IMG/VR virus record: IMGVR_UViG_3300008116_008172
Coordinates: 1 to 57,738 of that record
Length of the DNA: 57,738 nucleotides
Strand: one strand, 5' to 3'
From: a virus
Taxonomy: Duplodnaviria > Caudoviricetes
Position numbers and translations under genes: made by a program. Below, one piece after another: positions 36,041 to 45,994 of this stretch; the stretch's first letter is position 1, and the number at the start of each line of letters is the position of its first letter. The notes under the pieces are model-generated. The model was not told the origin of the DNA. It made no database searches and saw nothing but the letters and a program-made list of their open reading frames with translations.

Positions 36041-38236
36041 ATGATCATCGCTGAAAATACATCCTCCTCCGTGATTAGCAACGTTCTTGCTGCTCCTACC
36101 AAGTTCAAGATCAAGGCTAGTGCCAAAGCATTCAAGATTTTGTCTGGTTTCTATAGCGAGCCTATTCTTGCTATTCCGCGTGAGCTTGGTGCCAACGCTT
36201 GGGATAGTCATGTAAAGGCTGGCAATACCAAGCAGATGTTTGAGGTTCACGCTCCAAACACACTTGAACCTTGGTTTGCTATCCGCGATTTTGGCACTGG
36301 TCTTTCGCCCGAGGCTATTGATACCATCTATACCACTTACTTCGAAAGTACTAAAACTTCCGATAATGACAGCGATGGCTGCATGGGCCTTGGAAGCAAG
36401 ACACCGTTCAATTATACTGACAATTTCAATGTCACATCTTTCCAAAATGGAAAGAAGTATGTTTATAATTGCTTTATTGACGACACTGGTTCTCCAAACA
36501 TCATGCAGATTGCTTCCGTCAATACTGATGAACCCAACGGTTTGGAGATCAAGTTTGGCGTGAAGATTTCCGACATTAGCATGTGGATTGAAAAGATTTC
36601 TCGTGCATATGAGCCGTTCCGCTATCGTCCCATTATCAAGGGTGCCAGCATCAAATATCCCGAGCGCAAGTATATCTATCAGGGTACTAATTGGGCCATG
36701 CGCGAAAACAAGGATTATAATACCCGTGTATCTTATGCCTTCATGGGAAATTATTGCTATCCTATTTCAAGTGGCATCGTCACAAATATACTTTATAGGA
36801 ACGACGATGATCACAAGTTTGCATCATTGCTGAACTATGGTAGTTTTGACTTTTTCTTTAATATTGGAGATCTTGAAGTTGCTCCCAACAAAGAACAGCT
36901 TCAGTATGACGACACCAACAATAAGACCTCCAACGCGATTATTGCAGCACTCAAAGTTGCTCGTAATGAACTTGATTTGTCAGTAAAGAAGAATATTGAA
37001 ATTCCCAAGACACGTTGGGATGCTATGGGTTTGTATCTCAAGTATAATTCTCATAATAGTCCTCATCATGCTATTCGTAGTATTCTTGGAGACATTCCGA
37101 TTTTCTTCAATGGTACCAGAGTTGATTCCAGTGGATTTAGCTTTGCACCATCTCTCAACACTGCAAATCTTTTTGTAAACAAAAACACTGAACCTCATGT
37201 TTTTGACGTACTTCATCTTGAAGGTCGTGTAGTCAAGAAGTTTAAGAAAATTTATTCTTTGCACACCAGTATCGACAAGGAAGTCTTGGTATATTACACC
37301 AACGAACCCTCCATCAAGAAAGCTAGAGTTATGCACCATATTCGCAGCAACGGCTTTGCTGAAAAGCGCAATATTTTTGTTTTCATTGACACTTCTTCTG
37401 GTGCAAAAAATATTCATGCACTGATCAACCATTTTGGTTGGAGCAAGTCTCAGGTGATTAATATTGAATCTTTGCCAAAGCCTCCTCCCACTCCCCGTGA
37501 AAAGAAGGTTGTGGCGACCAATGAAATTCATGTTCATTCATTGGAACAGATGAGAAATTATGTCAATTCAGTGAAAAATGTTCGTTACTCAGTTCCGAAT
37601 GTTGATTGGAGACGCACCTCTGGCACATTCAATGGTGCCGAAACATATTATTATGTTGATTTTCTATACAACGATCCGATTTGGAATGGTAATCCAATTG
37701 GCGAACAGTTGACAGAGATTGTGCGCATGTTTGTCAAAGCCAATCTTCATGGAGCCGCAGATCAAATTTATGGTATCAACAAGAAGAATCAACATCTTCT
37801 CAAGGTTGGAAATTGGGTCAATGTCATTGACCTTGTTAAATCCAAGGTTATTGACACCAATAAGTCTCAGCATGAGAATTATGTTTATATGGTAAATGAG
37901 TTTGAAAAGTTCAAAACTTGCAGTTATCTTCATAACAAGCTGCATGTCAACAAGGATATTATCCGTGGTATTAAATCTAATGATACCAAGAAGTTCTTCA
38001 GCGATTTTGTTGAGACATATAACTTTCTGAGCAACAATGCAAACTCTGCTTGTTCTGATGTTATGCGACTCTTTAATGTGTCTCCTGTTTGTCACATCGC
38101 ACTTAACTGTGATCTCAATAAATTCAAGGAAATCATGTCCAAGAAATATATGAACATCCTTGAATTGGGAACTGGATATGGCGAGACTGCTTCAATTTAT
38201 TATAATATCATCAACTATATTGATGAAACATCCTAA
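36041..38236 (+). CDS. rIIA: rIIA-like protein with N-terminal GHKL ATPase
   Basis: KAFKILSGFYS..RELGANAWDSH, IRDFGTGLS, YFESTK, GCMGLGSKTPFNY. Confidence 0.85.
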   Translation: MIIAENTSSSVISNVLAAPTKFKIKASAKAFKILSGFYSEPILAIPRELGANAWDSHVKAGNTKQMFEVHAPNTLEPWFAIRDFGTGLSPEAIDTIYTTYFESTKTSDNDSDGCMGLGSKTPFNYTDNFNVTSFQNGKKYVYNCFIDDTGSPNIMQIASVNTDEPNGLEIKFGVKISDISMWIEKISRAYEPFRYRPIIKGASIKYPERKYIYQGTNWAMRENKDYNTRVSYAFMGNYCYPISSGIVTNILYRNDDDHKFASLLNYGSFDFFFNIGDLEVAPNKEQLQYDDTNNKTSNAIIAALKVARNELDLSVKKNIEIPKTRWDAMGLYLKYNSHNSPHHAIRSILGDIPIFFNGTRVDSSGFSFAPSLNTANLFVNKNTEPHVFDVLHLEGRVVKKFKKIYSLHTSIDKEVLVYYTNEPSIKKARVMHHIRSNGFAEKRNIFVFIDTSSGAKNIHALINHFGWSKSQVINIESLPKPPPTPREKKVVATNEIHVHSLEQMRNYVNSVKNVRYSVPNVDWRRTSGTFNGAETYYYVDFLYNDPIWNGNPIGEQLTEIVRMFVKANLHGAADQIYGINKKNQHLLKVGNWVNVIDLVKSKVIDTNKSQHENYVYMVNEFEKFKTCSYLHNKLHVNKDIIRGIKSNDTKKFFSDFVETYNFLSNNANSACSDVMRLFNVSPVCHIALNCDLNKFKEIMSKKYMNILELGTGYGETASIYYNIINYIDETS

Positions 38237-38245
38237 AATATATTG

Positions 38246-38273
38246 TTGACAAAACATAAAATATCTGCATAGT
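38246..38273 (+). promoter_or_regulatory. Sigma70-like promoter for rIIB
   Basis: TTGACA-N16-CATAGT. Confidence 0.7.
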
Positions 38274-38306
38274 ATATAACCATCTTAATCAAACTAATCA
38301 AAGCTT

Positions 38307-39356
38307 ATGAGTAATACACAAAACATCCCGTATGTCATCAAGACAAATGGTTCCGTAACACTCTATCTAAATAATGAGTGTCTTACTGTGGCTACTGACC
38401 ACCCCAACTACAATAAGATCATTGACGCCATCAAAAACAATGATTTTAGTGATATTGAAAATCTTGTGAATGTAGCCAAGGCGGTAACCCAATATACCTC
38501 TGGTCGCGTCAAAATTGTGAATGGTGAGATTTTTTATGGTGATTTTGCCGTACACAATACTCTTACTGATCGAATCATCAAAATGATGAGTGAAGGTTTC
38601 AAGTTTGATCATATGATCAAGTTTCTTGAAAATCTGATGCAGAACAGCAGCAAGCGTGCTGTTGACGAGACATATTGGTTTCTTGAAAACTATGGCCTAC
38701 CTATTACCGATGACGGATGTTTCCTCGCATATAAGGCTGTGCGTAATAACTATACCGACATTTATAGCGGCAAGTTTAATAACAGCGTTGGTAGCGTTGT
38801 GACTATGGCTCGCAACCAAGTCGATGACAATTATGGTGTCGATTGTAGTCATGGTCTTCATGTCGGTGCGCTTGATTATGTTGTTGGATATGGTCATTTT
38901 ACGAAGGGCCAACCTATCGCTGAAGGTGGCAATCGCCTTCTACTAGTTAAGGTAAATCCCAAGGATGTTGTAAGCGTCCCGAAGTATGAGGGACACACCA
39001 AGATGCGAGTGTGTGAATACACCGTCGTATCCGAAATCAAGGATGTGGTCAAGGAACTGGACAAGGTTGTTTATACCAGTAATGCTGGAAATCTTGATCC
39101 CGATTACGATGGTTCTGATTGGGATGCTGCGGCCAATGATGGCGAGTTTGAATACGACGAATCAAACGAGGATTGGGAAAATGAGAATTATTCCGATGAT
39201 TCTCTAAGCGACGATGAGCGCGAAGATGAATATGAGCAAGGTTATGACCAAGGTTCTCATGACCGAAACTTTGGCTTGGAATATCAAACAAATCTTTATT
39301 CTGACGCTACCGATGCGTATAAGAACGGATACGACGATGGGTTCAATGACATCTAA
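38307..39356 (+). CDS. rIIB: rIIB-like protein
   Basis: FLENLMQN, LPITDDGCFLAYKAV, CSHGLHVG, VKVNPKDVVSVP, KMRVCEY; follows rIIA. Confidence 0.88.
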   Translation: MSNTQNIPYVIKTNGSVTLYLNNECLTVATDHPNYNKIIDAIKNNDFSDIENLVNVAKAVTQYTSGRVKIVNGEIFYGDFAVHNTLTDRIIKMMSEGFKFDHMIKFLENLMQNSSKRAVDETYWFLENYGLPITDDGCFLAYKAVRNNYTDIYSGKFNNSVGSVVTMARNQVDDNYGVDCSHGLHVGALDYVVGYGHFTKGQPIAEGGNRLLLVKVNPKDVVSVPKYEGHTKMRVCEYTVVSEIKDVVKELDKVVYTSNAGNLDPDYDGSDWDAAANDGEFEYDESNEDWENENYSDDSLSDDEREDEYEQGYDQGSHDRNFGLEYQTNLYSDATDAYKNGYDDGFNDI

Positions 39357-39407
39357 TAATTTGGTTAAAGAATAAGTTAAACATTAACAAATAAACAAAT
39401 AAAACAT

Positions 39408-39776
39408 ATGAGTAATAATAAAACAAATAAGAAAAATGCACTGACTATTGATTGGCCCACAAGCCATTTTACCATCGATGATGTGCAAGGTAAGTATCCC
39501 GATGTTGTAAACATCACACTTCGCTTTCGAGTAAAGAAGGCGGTGGAAAGTAAGGAGATTGTACCTATTGGCAAAATCAAGCCCGCTATTGGTCGTCCGA
39601 AGTTGGTATTTGCTCGCGTAAATCCATCTAAGGAATTACTTGATGCTGCCAAGGCTGCTGGCGTATTGTTCAGCGATGAACCCAAGGCCGCGATCACCGT
39701 GGCAGAAGTCAAGTCAGACAAAAAAGTCAAGACTGTGATTCCCGCAGAGCATACCACAACTGCCGCTGCTTCCTAA
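39408..39776 (+). CDS. Small basic putative winged-helix DNA-binding protein
   Basis: FTIDDV..ITLRFRVKKAV..IGRPKLVF, resembling a wHTH wing. Confidence 0.5.
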   Translation: MSNNKTNKKNALTIDWPTSHFTIDDVQGKYPDVVNITLRFRVKKAVESKEIVPIGKIKPAIGRPKLVFARVNPSKELLDAAKAAGVLFSDEPKAAITVAEVKSDKKVKTVIPAEHTTTAAAS

Positions 39777-39797
39777 AACATAAGGGATACTTATGCA

Positions 39798-39829
39798 AAA
39801 ACCGTTGGGACAAAAATCCCAACGGTTTT
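39798..39829 (+). terminator. Rho-independent terminator
   Basis: AAAACCGTTGGGA-CAAAAA-TCCCAACGGTTTT. Confidence 0.8.
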
Positions 39830-39843
39830 CTATTTATATATAT

Positions 39844-40503
39844 ATGGATCAAAGACCAACTGTATACAAGAAAGTTTCGAGTACTGACACAATATTTTTT
39901 GTGTTTGAAATAGGTGCATCTAAGTTTGTATTATATGATTCTGGGTTGGGCGATCCTATTCAATATGGCAGTCAAAGGTTAATTCTTGGCGAACTGGATA
40001 AGCAGATAAAAGATGCACAAAATAGATCAAGGAATACATTCAAAGTATATTGGATGGTGCGAGATGCAGTAAAAGGATGGAAGGAAAGTAGCCAGAGACC
40101 AAAAGGATACTCGGCTAATGGAATTGTGGATAAATTTCAAAAACCAAACGTGAATTCATCAAACATAAAAACACCAAAATTAAAGAAAATTTCACTCAAG
40201 GAAAAACAATTTTATTGGTTTGAATACAATGCAGGACAGCATGTTGTATATGACTCTGACATGGGGTCACCAGTTTCATATGGAAATTCTGGATTTGTAA
40301 ATAAAACATTTAATAATATAGACAAGTATGTACGAGATGGTGTCCAATCAAAATATGTACTTTGGTACTTTAAAAGAAGCGGAGACAATGGTATGTGGGA
40401 ACATAAACAACCACCAAGAATCCCAAATTGGAAAGTAGAATCAACAGATAAAAAAGACTTGGACAATGAAAAGAAAGGCGAAAAAGAAGAAGATAGAAAA
40501 TAA
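39844..40503 (+). CDS. Hypothetical protein with an internal domain duplication
   Basis: Start reassigned after TATTTAT at 39831; FVFE..VLYDSGLGDPIQYG repeated as YWFE..VVYDSDMGSPVSYG. Confidence 0.65.
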   Translation: MDQRPTVYKKVSSTDTIFFVFEIGASKFVLYDSGLGDPIQYGSQRLILGELDKQIKDAQNRSRNTFKVYWMVRDAVKGWKESSQRPKGYSANGIVDKFQKPNVNSSNIKTPKLKKISLKEKQFYWFEYNAGQHVVYDSDMGSPVSYGNSGFVNKTFNNIDKYVRDGVQSKYVLWYFKRSGDNGMWEHKQPPRIPNWKVESTDKKDLDNEKKGEKEEDRK

Positions 40504-40556
40504 TTTTTGTTGATTGATTTCTAAAAATCATTTATATTGGTTGTATTACGAATATT

Positions 40557-42860
40557 ATGCCTAGTCCACAAGATGTTACATTTGTAATTCCTGTTTTTAA
40601 TCTAAAAAGCAACAGGCTTAAGAATTTAAAATTCATTATTCCGTATATTAAAAAGACGGGATGCAGAATACTTGTAGTCGAACAAATTGATAAAGATGTT
40701 TCTGATTTGAGTGAGTTTATTAGTAAATTTGAGGGAGTAGAACATATCTTATTTAAGACTTCGGAAAAAAGATTGCACAAGACTGGTATAATAAATTACG
40801 CCGTATTTAACCATGTAACGACCAAATATGTTTGGGTAAACGATGTTGATTTTTACATGCGTTTTGATCGTGTGTTTGAAATGGAGTGGACATCAAATTT
40901 TATACAACCATACGAAATCGCTAAGAAGTTGAATGACGAGCATTCAAAAATGATCTTGGCTGGTAAAAAGCTTGATGTCGATTTTGCAGACAGGTCGGTT
41001 AGATATATTTCATTGTATGGGGCACTGTCATTCATATTCGAAGTAAACGACTTCATATCGATTGGAGCAATGGATGAGTCAATTTACGGTTGGGGATATG
41101 AAGACGTAGAATTGGCAAGAAGAGTAGGTGACAGTCGAGTAATACAAAAAATAGAATTAAGGGGAATTCATTTGTGGCATCCTATGTCCATAGTCGCCGC
41201 TAAACAAGAAAGCATGGTAGAAAAACCACAAGACCTCGCGGTTGTGACTTGTCATTTTAATTGGGGAGGATTTATAAATCCAATAAGAAATTTGCATCGG
41301 TTTATAAACCAAATGCAGTTGGATGAAATTCCTTTATTTGGTGTAGAATTATCACTCACTGGAAACTTTGAAACATCTGGGATGGACGGTTGGATGCAAA
41401 TAGAAGTTTCAAAAGAAAATGTATTCTTTCAAAAAGAAGCGTGTATAAATTTAGCCGTTGAAAAATTAGTTCCAAAAAAATATACCAAGATTGCGTGGAT
41501 AGATTCTGATTTACATTTCACAAACAAAAATTGGTACACGGATGCTTCTGAGAAATTGAATGAATATAAAGTTATTCAACTATATTCACATGGAATCAAA
41601 ACCGATAGGTATGGAAGATTTCTAAGTAAAGAGCCAAGCGCAATATTTTCATACACAAATATCCCACCGGAAAAAAGAAGAGATTGGATATTGAGTGCAG
41701 GGGAAATTGGATACCCCGGTGGAGCAATGGCTGCAAGAAGAGAGTTGTGGGAGCATGGAGGATTGTATCCATATAGAATTTTGGGTGGCGGAGACACCGC
41801 ATTTGTAATGGCGATGTTGAAATACAAAATAGGTTGGCCAACAAATGAGCTTTTCATAGAGAGACACAATAATTGGAAAAGAAAAATATTTGAATATGTT
41901 GGCGAGAATGTGACATATATTGAGGGAGATTTTATCCACGAATGGCACGGTGATGCAGTGGATAGAAGATATGCCGATAGATACTCTATATTAAAAAACG
42001 TAAATGTTATTCATATACAACTTAATGACGATGGTATCGTCCACAACTATGGAAATAGGAACATAAATGATGCAGTTTTGGAATATTTCAAAAATAGAAA
42101 CGAGGATGGTGATGGAAAAGTTGACACAAAGAAATCGCCAAGAAGAGTAGTTTATACTTGCATAACTGGAAACTATGATGCGCTGAGAGAGGTAGTTAAT
42201 CCAGACAAAGGTGTTGATTATATTTGTTTCAGCGACGATATATCAGAAAGTCAAACTTGGAAAATAAAACCGATTCCAAAATGTTTGAAATACCTTGACA
42301 CAACGAAAATAGCGAGATGTATGAAAATACTACCTCACCTATTTTTGTCAGAATATGACATATCAGTTTGGGTGGATGGAAACATTCAAGTGGTTGGTAA
42401 TATAAATCAATTCATAGACAAGAATTTGCTAAATTATTTTGCAATTCCAAAACATCCAGATAGAATATGCGTTTATGATGAAGCAAATGCCGTGATTAAT
42501 CTTGGAAAAGATAATGTTGACATAGTAAATAGTCAGATAATGGAGTATATGGGTAAAAATTATCCAGAAAACAATGGAATGGTTCAAAGTGGCATTATGA
42601 TCAGAAAACATAATGATAAGAGATGCATAGCAATTTCCAACCTTTGGTGGAACGAAGTTAGACAATTCTCAAAACGAGATCAGCTATCATTCAATTATTC
42701 AATTTGGAAGAAAAATGTTACTGTAGACATACTAAATCCAAATATAATAGTTAGCGAATATTTTCAAATATGGGCACATCCTAAAAAGGGTGGCGGAAAA
42801 GTATCGCTGAGAAAAAACTATGGAAATATGAAAAACTATGTAAATGGAGTAGAAGTATGA
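40557..42860 (+). CDS. Three-domain glycosyltransferase (two GT-A domains plus DUF616/TOD1-MUCI70-like domain)
   Basis: VTFVIPV..DVD..GWGYEDVE..HLWH; QKEACIN..WIDSD..GGGD..HEWHG; VVYTCITGNYD..WVDGN..HPDRICVYDE..RDQLSF. Confidence 0.8.
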   Translation: MPSPQDVTFVIPVFNLKSNRLKNLKFIIPYIKKTGCRILVVEQIDKDVSDLSEFISKFEGVEHILFKTSEKRLHKTGIINYAVFNHVTTKYVWVNDVDFYMRFDRVFEMEWTSNFIQPYEIAKKLNDEHSKMILAGKKLDVDFADRSVRYISLYGALSFIFEVNDFISIGAMDESIYGWGYEDVELARRVGDSRVIQKIELRGIHLWHPMSIVAAKQESMVEKPQDLAVVTCHFNWGGFINPIRNLHRFINQMQLDEIPLFGVELSLTGNFETSGMDGWMQIEVSKENVFFQKEACINLAVEKLVPKKYTKIAWIDSDLHFTNKNWYTDASEKLNEYKVIQLYSHGIKTDRYGRFLSKEPSAIFSYTNIPPEKRRDWILSAGEIGYPGGAMAARRELWEHGGLYPYRILGGGDTAFVMAMLKYKIGWPTNELFIERHNNWKRKIFEYVGENVTYIEGDFIHEWHGDAVDRRYADRYSILKNVNVIHIQLNDDGIVHNYGNRNINDAVLEYFKNRNEDGDGKVDTKKSPRRVVYTCITGNYDALREVVNPDKGVDYICFSDDISESQTWKIKPIPKCLKYLDTTKIARCMKILPHLFLSEYDISVWVDGNIQVVGNINQFIDKNLLNYFAIPKHPDRICVYDEANAVINLGKDNVDIVNSQIMEYMGKNYPENNGMVQSGIMIRKHNDKRCIAISNLWWNEVRQFSKRDQLSFNYSIWKKNVTVDILNPNIIVSEYFQIWAHPKKGGGKVSLRKNYGNMKNYVNGVEV

Positions 42861-43420
42861 TATACTACAATATACCATATAGCGTAGAAAAAAATCTAGC
42901 GGCGGCATATAATAGTTTTGTAGAAATACTACCAAACGACGATGATTATGCATGCTTTGTTGATGGTGACACCATATTTACCACTTCTGATTATGGCCAT
43001 ACCATACATAATGCAGTAAAGACATATCCAAATGTCGGATGTTTTACCTGCTATACCAACAGAGTATATAACAGAACTCAAGTGGTGGAAGGAATTGATT
43101 ATGATTCCAATGATGTTATATACCACAGAAAAATAGGAAACATGCTGCAAACAATATATGGTTCTTCGTGTGAAGATATCACTGAACCAGTGTTGTTGAG
43201 AGGAAAACCAATGTATCTGAGTGGCTGTTTAATACTGATCAAAAAATCCTTGTGGAAAAAAATTGGAGGATTTAAAGATTTAAATGCAATGTTAGGTGTT
43301 GACAATGAACTACACAAAGATATTATTGCGGCGAATGAAAAATTATACCTTATGAAAGGCGTGTATATCTACCACTGGTATAGATGGCCAGACATAAAAA
43401 ACGTTTCACACTTATTATGA
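42857..43420 (+). CDS. GT2-like glycosyltransferase
   Basis: ACFVDGD DxD motif; KKIGGF..GVDN..YIYH. Confidence 0.7.
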   Translation: MIYYNIPYSVEKNLAAAYNSFVEILPNDDDYACFVDGDTIFTTSDYGHTIHNAVKTYPNVGCFTCYTNRVYNRTQVVEGIDYDSNDVIYHRKIGNMLQTIYGSSCEDITEPVLLRGKPMYLSGCLILIKKSLWKKIGGFKDLNAMLGVDNELHKDIIAANEKLYLMKGVYIYHWYRWPDIKNVSHLL

Positions 43421-44031
43421 TACATTATAAATTCTTAGATGTGGGTTGCAAGAATGGTTCTAAAAATGGAGGATCGTTCATAGGCGTATCCAAAAGATAC
43501 AAATATACCCCAGATCAAGGTATTGGAATTGATATTAACAAACGACATGTTAATGAATTTATCAAAACTGGAAATCATGCACTTATTGCGAGCGCGGAAG
43601 AAATACCATTTCCAGACAACTCATTTGAGTTGGTAATATTCAACCATGTATTGGAACACATGCCAAATGAAGAGATTGGATTCAAGGCTCTTTCGGAATG
43701 TATTAGAGTGTCATCCAAACATATATTTTTGGGACTACCTTTCTTTGATGAAGATGAATACTTGAGAAGTTTAAAGTTTAAAACTTTTTATTCTGACTGG
43801 TCTGGTCACAGCAATAAGGTACATCTTAAAAAGATATTGGAGTTTATTTCTGGAAAGCAATTCAGTCTATCAATGAAGAAAAAAATCAGCGATAGTTTTG
43901 CAGTTGAAATTTTACCGATCAATGCTCCAAGAAATTCTATAGAATATAATCAAGAAATTCATGGAATAAAAGATTTTGTTGAATTTGATCGAGAAATATG
44001 GAGAGAATATGAAATGTTGATAATCAAGTGA
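43417..44031 (+). CDS. Class I SAM-dependent methyltransferase
   Basis: FLDVGCKNG, GIDIN, IPFPDNSFELVIFNHVLEH. Confidence 0.85.
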   Translation: MIHYKFLDVGCKNGSKNGGSFIGVSKRYKYTPDQGIGIDINKRHVNEFIKTGNHALIASAEEIPFPDNSFELVIFNHVLEHMPNEEIGFKALSECIRVSSKHIFLGLPFFDEDEYLRSLKFKTFYSDWSGHSNKVHLKKILEFISGKQFSLSMKKKISDSFAVEILPINAPRNSIEYNQEIHGIKDFVEFDREIWREYEMLIIK

Positions 44032-44041
44032 TCAAACGTTT

Positions 44042-44731
44042 ATGAAAACATTGATTGTTGGATACGGTGAAATTGGAAAAGCCCTTTATTCAGTTTTGAA
44101 TAATGCAGGATATGATGTAAAGTATAGAGATATAGAGTCTAGTGAAAAAATTGAAAATATAGATGTAATGCATGTATGTTTTCCATACTCAAAAACGTTT
44201 GTAAAATCAGTTGCTAAATATAAGAAAATATATAAACCAAAATACACTGTAATACATTCAACCGTTCCTGTTGGAACATCTGAAAAATGCAAGTCATATT
44301 ATTCTCCTGTAAGAGGAATACATCCTCATTTGGAAAAAAGTCTTCTTACATTTGTAAAATATTTGGCACCAAATAATGATGTTTTGAAATCATATTTTGA
44401 AAAAGCAGGAATAAGCATAGAAGAGAGTGAAAAGACACAAACATTAGAAGCAATGAAGCTATATTGTACTACAATATATGCATTAAATGTTATTGCTGAA
44501 AAAGAAATTTGGGATTTTTGCAAAAAACATAATCTAGATTTTGAAACCGTATATACGAAATGTAATCAAACATATAATGATGGTTATGAGAAACTGGGGT
44601 TTCCTCAATTTTCAAAGTACATATTGAGTCACAAAGATGGAAAGATTGGTGGGCATTGTTTAATACCAAACTGCAAACTATTGAAGACAGATATTTCCAA
44701 GTTTATATTGAAGCAAAATAACAAGTTATAG
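44042..44731 (+). CDS. UDP-glucose/GDP-mannose dehydrogenase-family protein (short)
   Basis: IVGYGEIG Rossmann motif, IHSTVPVGT, EAMKL, GGHCL. Confidence 0.8.
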   Translation: MKTLIVGYGEIGKALYSVLNNAGYDVKYRDIESSEKIENIDVMHVCFPYSKTFVKSVAKYKKIYKPKYTVIHSTVPVGTSEKCKSYYSPVRGIHPHLEKSLLTFVKYLAPNNDVLKSYFEKAGISIEESEKTQTLEAMKLYCTTIYALNVIAEKEIWDFCKKHNLDFETVYTKCNQTYNDGYEKLGFPQFSKYILSHKDGKIGGHCLIPNCKLLKTDISKFILKQNNKL

Positions 44732-44800
44732 AGCATTAGTTATATCCAATCGTTGACTTTTTTCAAAACTAAACCACGTGATGCGAGATATTTATAATAG

Positions 44801-45469
44801 ATGAGTATTATAATAAATCGCAGTTTGGATGCGTATGGAAACCCAAACGGTGTCATAGATGCACCAAAAGCTGCGCTATTTTACAAAACTGGAAGCTTTT
44901 ACAAAATAAACTATAGTGGCTCCAACTCAACAAATTGGGAGCAAGTGTATGTAAAAACTATAGGCTATCCACAATTCGCAATATCAGAGCAAGATTTAAA
45001 ATTCCAATCAATTCAGTCTGGTTCATTTTTGTATTTAAAAACAACAAATATTGGAAATTTATATGGTTGGGTATTAATCACAACTAAAACTCCATTTGTT
45101 CCTACTACACCAACGCCAACACCGACGCCCACTTTAACGCTCACTCCCACACCAACACCCACTGCAACACTTACACCCACACCTAGTCCCACACCGACTT
45201 CTTCTCCAAGTCCAACTCCAACAAATACACCAACCGCTACTCCTACAAACACACCAAGACCAACTAGAACACCTACACCAACATCGGCACCTACATCTAC
45301 ACCTACACCAACATCGGCACCTACATCTACACCTACACCAACAGCGGCACCAACATCTACACCTACGCCAACGCCAACAGCGGCACCAACATCTACACCT
45401 ACACCTACGCCAACCATTTATGTTGGGTTTGCAATAAATAAGTCAAGCGAAGTTCAATCTTTCCCATAA
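44801..45469 (+). CDS. Pro/Thr-rich putative virion surface protein
   Basis: [18 protein letters not shown] resembles fibre-associated motifs; about 100-aa TP repeat; TATTTAT at 44789. Confidence 0.7.
   Translation: MSIIINRSLDAYGNPNGVIDAPKAALFYKTGSFYKINYSGSNSTNWEQVYVKTIGYPQFAISEQDLKFQSIQSGSFLYLKTTNIGNLYGWVLITTKTPFVPTTPTPTPTPTLTLTPTPTPTATLTPTPSPTPTSSPSPTPTNTPTATPTNTPRPTRTPTPTSAPTSTPTPTSAPTSTPTPTAAPTSTPTPTPTAAPTSTPTPTPTIYVGFAINKSSEVQSFP
45103..45414 (+). repeat. Pro-Thr low-complexity repeat including a 30-bp unit (ACACCTACACCAACATCGGCACCTACATCT)
   Basis: Near-perfect tandem copies from 45269 encoding TPTPT(S/A)APTS. Confidence 0.9.
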
Positions 45470-45509
45470 AGATTTGACAATATCATAAATTCATATAACT
45501 GTTATAAAC

Positions 45510-45959
45510 ATGAACAACCCTATATTGGCAGTAATGATTGGTATAAGTGGATCTGGAAAAAGCACATATGCGAATGGGTTAAAAACATCTTTGAATGCAC
45601 AACTTGTTGAAACAGATGCTATTAGAATTGAACTAACTGGAAATGCGGAAGATCAAAGTCAAAATTCAAAAGTTTTTGAGGTTGCGCGTAAACGTGTAAA
45701 TGATTATTTATCACAAGGTAAAAACACAATCATCGACGCCACCAGTCTTACCGTGAGAGATAGAAAAGATTGGATAGATATTGCAAAACAAAATAACGCC
45801 GAGGCTCGTGCATATTTCATTGATACTCCGATTGATATATGCAAATCTCAAAATAGAAAACGTGAAAGAAAAGTTCCTGAATTTGTAATTGATAGACAGG
45901 CGAGTAAACTACAATCTCCCACAAAGAATGAGGGGTTTGATAGCGTTACTGTGATATGA
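45510..45959 (+). CDS. Polynucleotide kinase-like P-loop kinase (AAA_33)
   Basis: GISGSGKST, TDAIR, IIDAT, RNR-like QNRKRERKVP. Confidence 0.85.
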   Translation: MNNPILAVMIGISGSGKSTYANGLKTSLNAQLVETDAIRIELTGNAEDQSQNSKVFEVARKRVNDYLSQGKNTIIDATSLTVRDRKDWIDIAKQNNAEARAYFIDTPIDICKSQNRKRERKVPEFVIDRQASKLQSPTKNEGFDSVTVI

Positions 45960-45960
45960 G

Positions 45961-45988
45961 TTGACAACGCGGTTGTTCGTGCTAGTAT
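45961..45988 (+). promoter_or_regulatory. Sigma70-like promoter for DNA polymerase B (near-leaderless)
   Basis: TTGACA-N16-TAGTAT, 6 nt before the ATG. Confidence 0.65.
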
Positions 45989-45994
45989 ATCTGC

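Noticed and set aside
45269-45410. 30-bp repeats as a possible CRISPR array
   Set aside because: Contiguous in-frame coding repeats without unique spacers; no cas genes
45013-45417. Minus-strand VGVG-repeat ORF
   Set aside because: Antisense shadow of the Pro/Thr repeat gene
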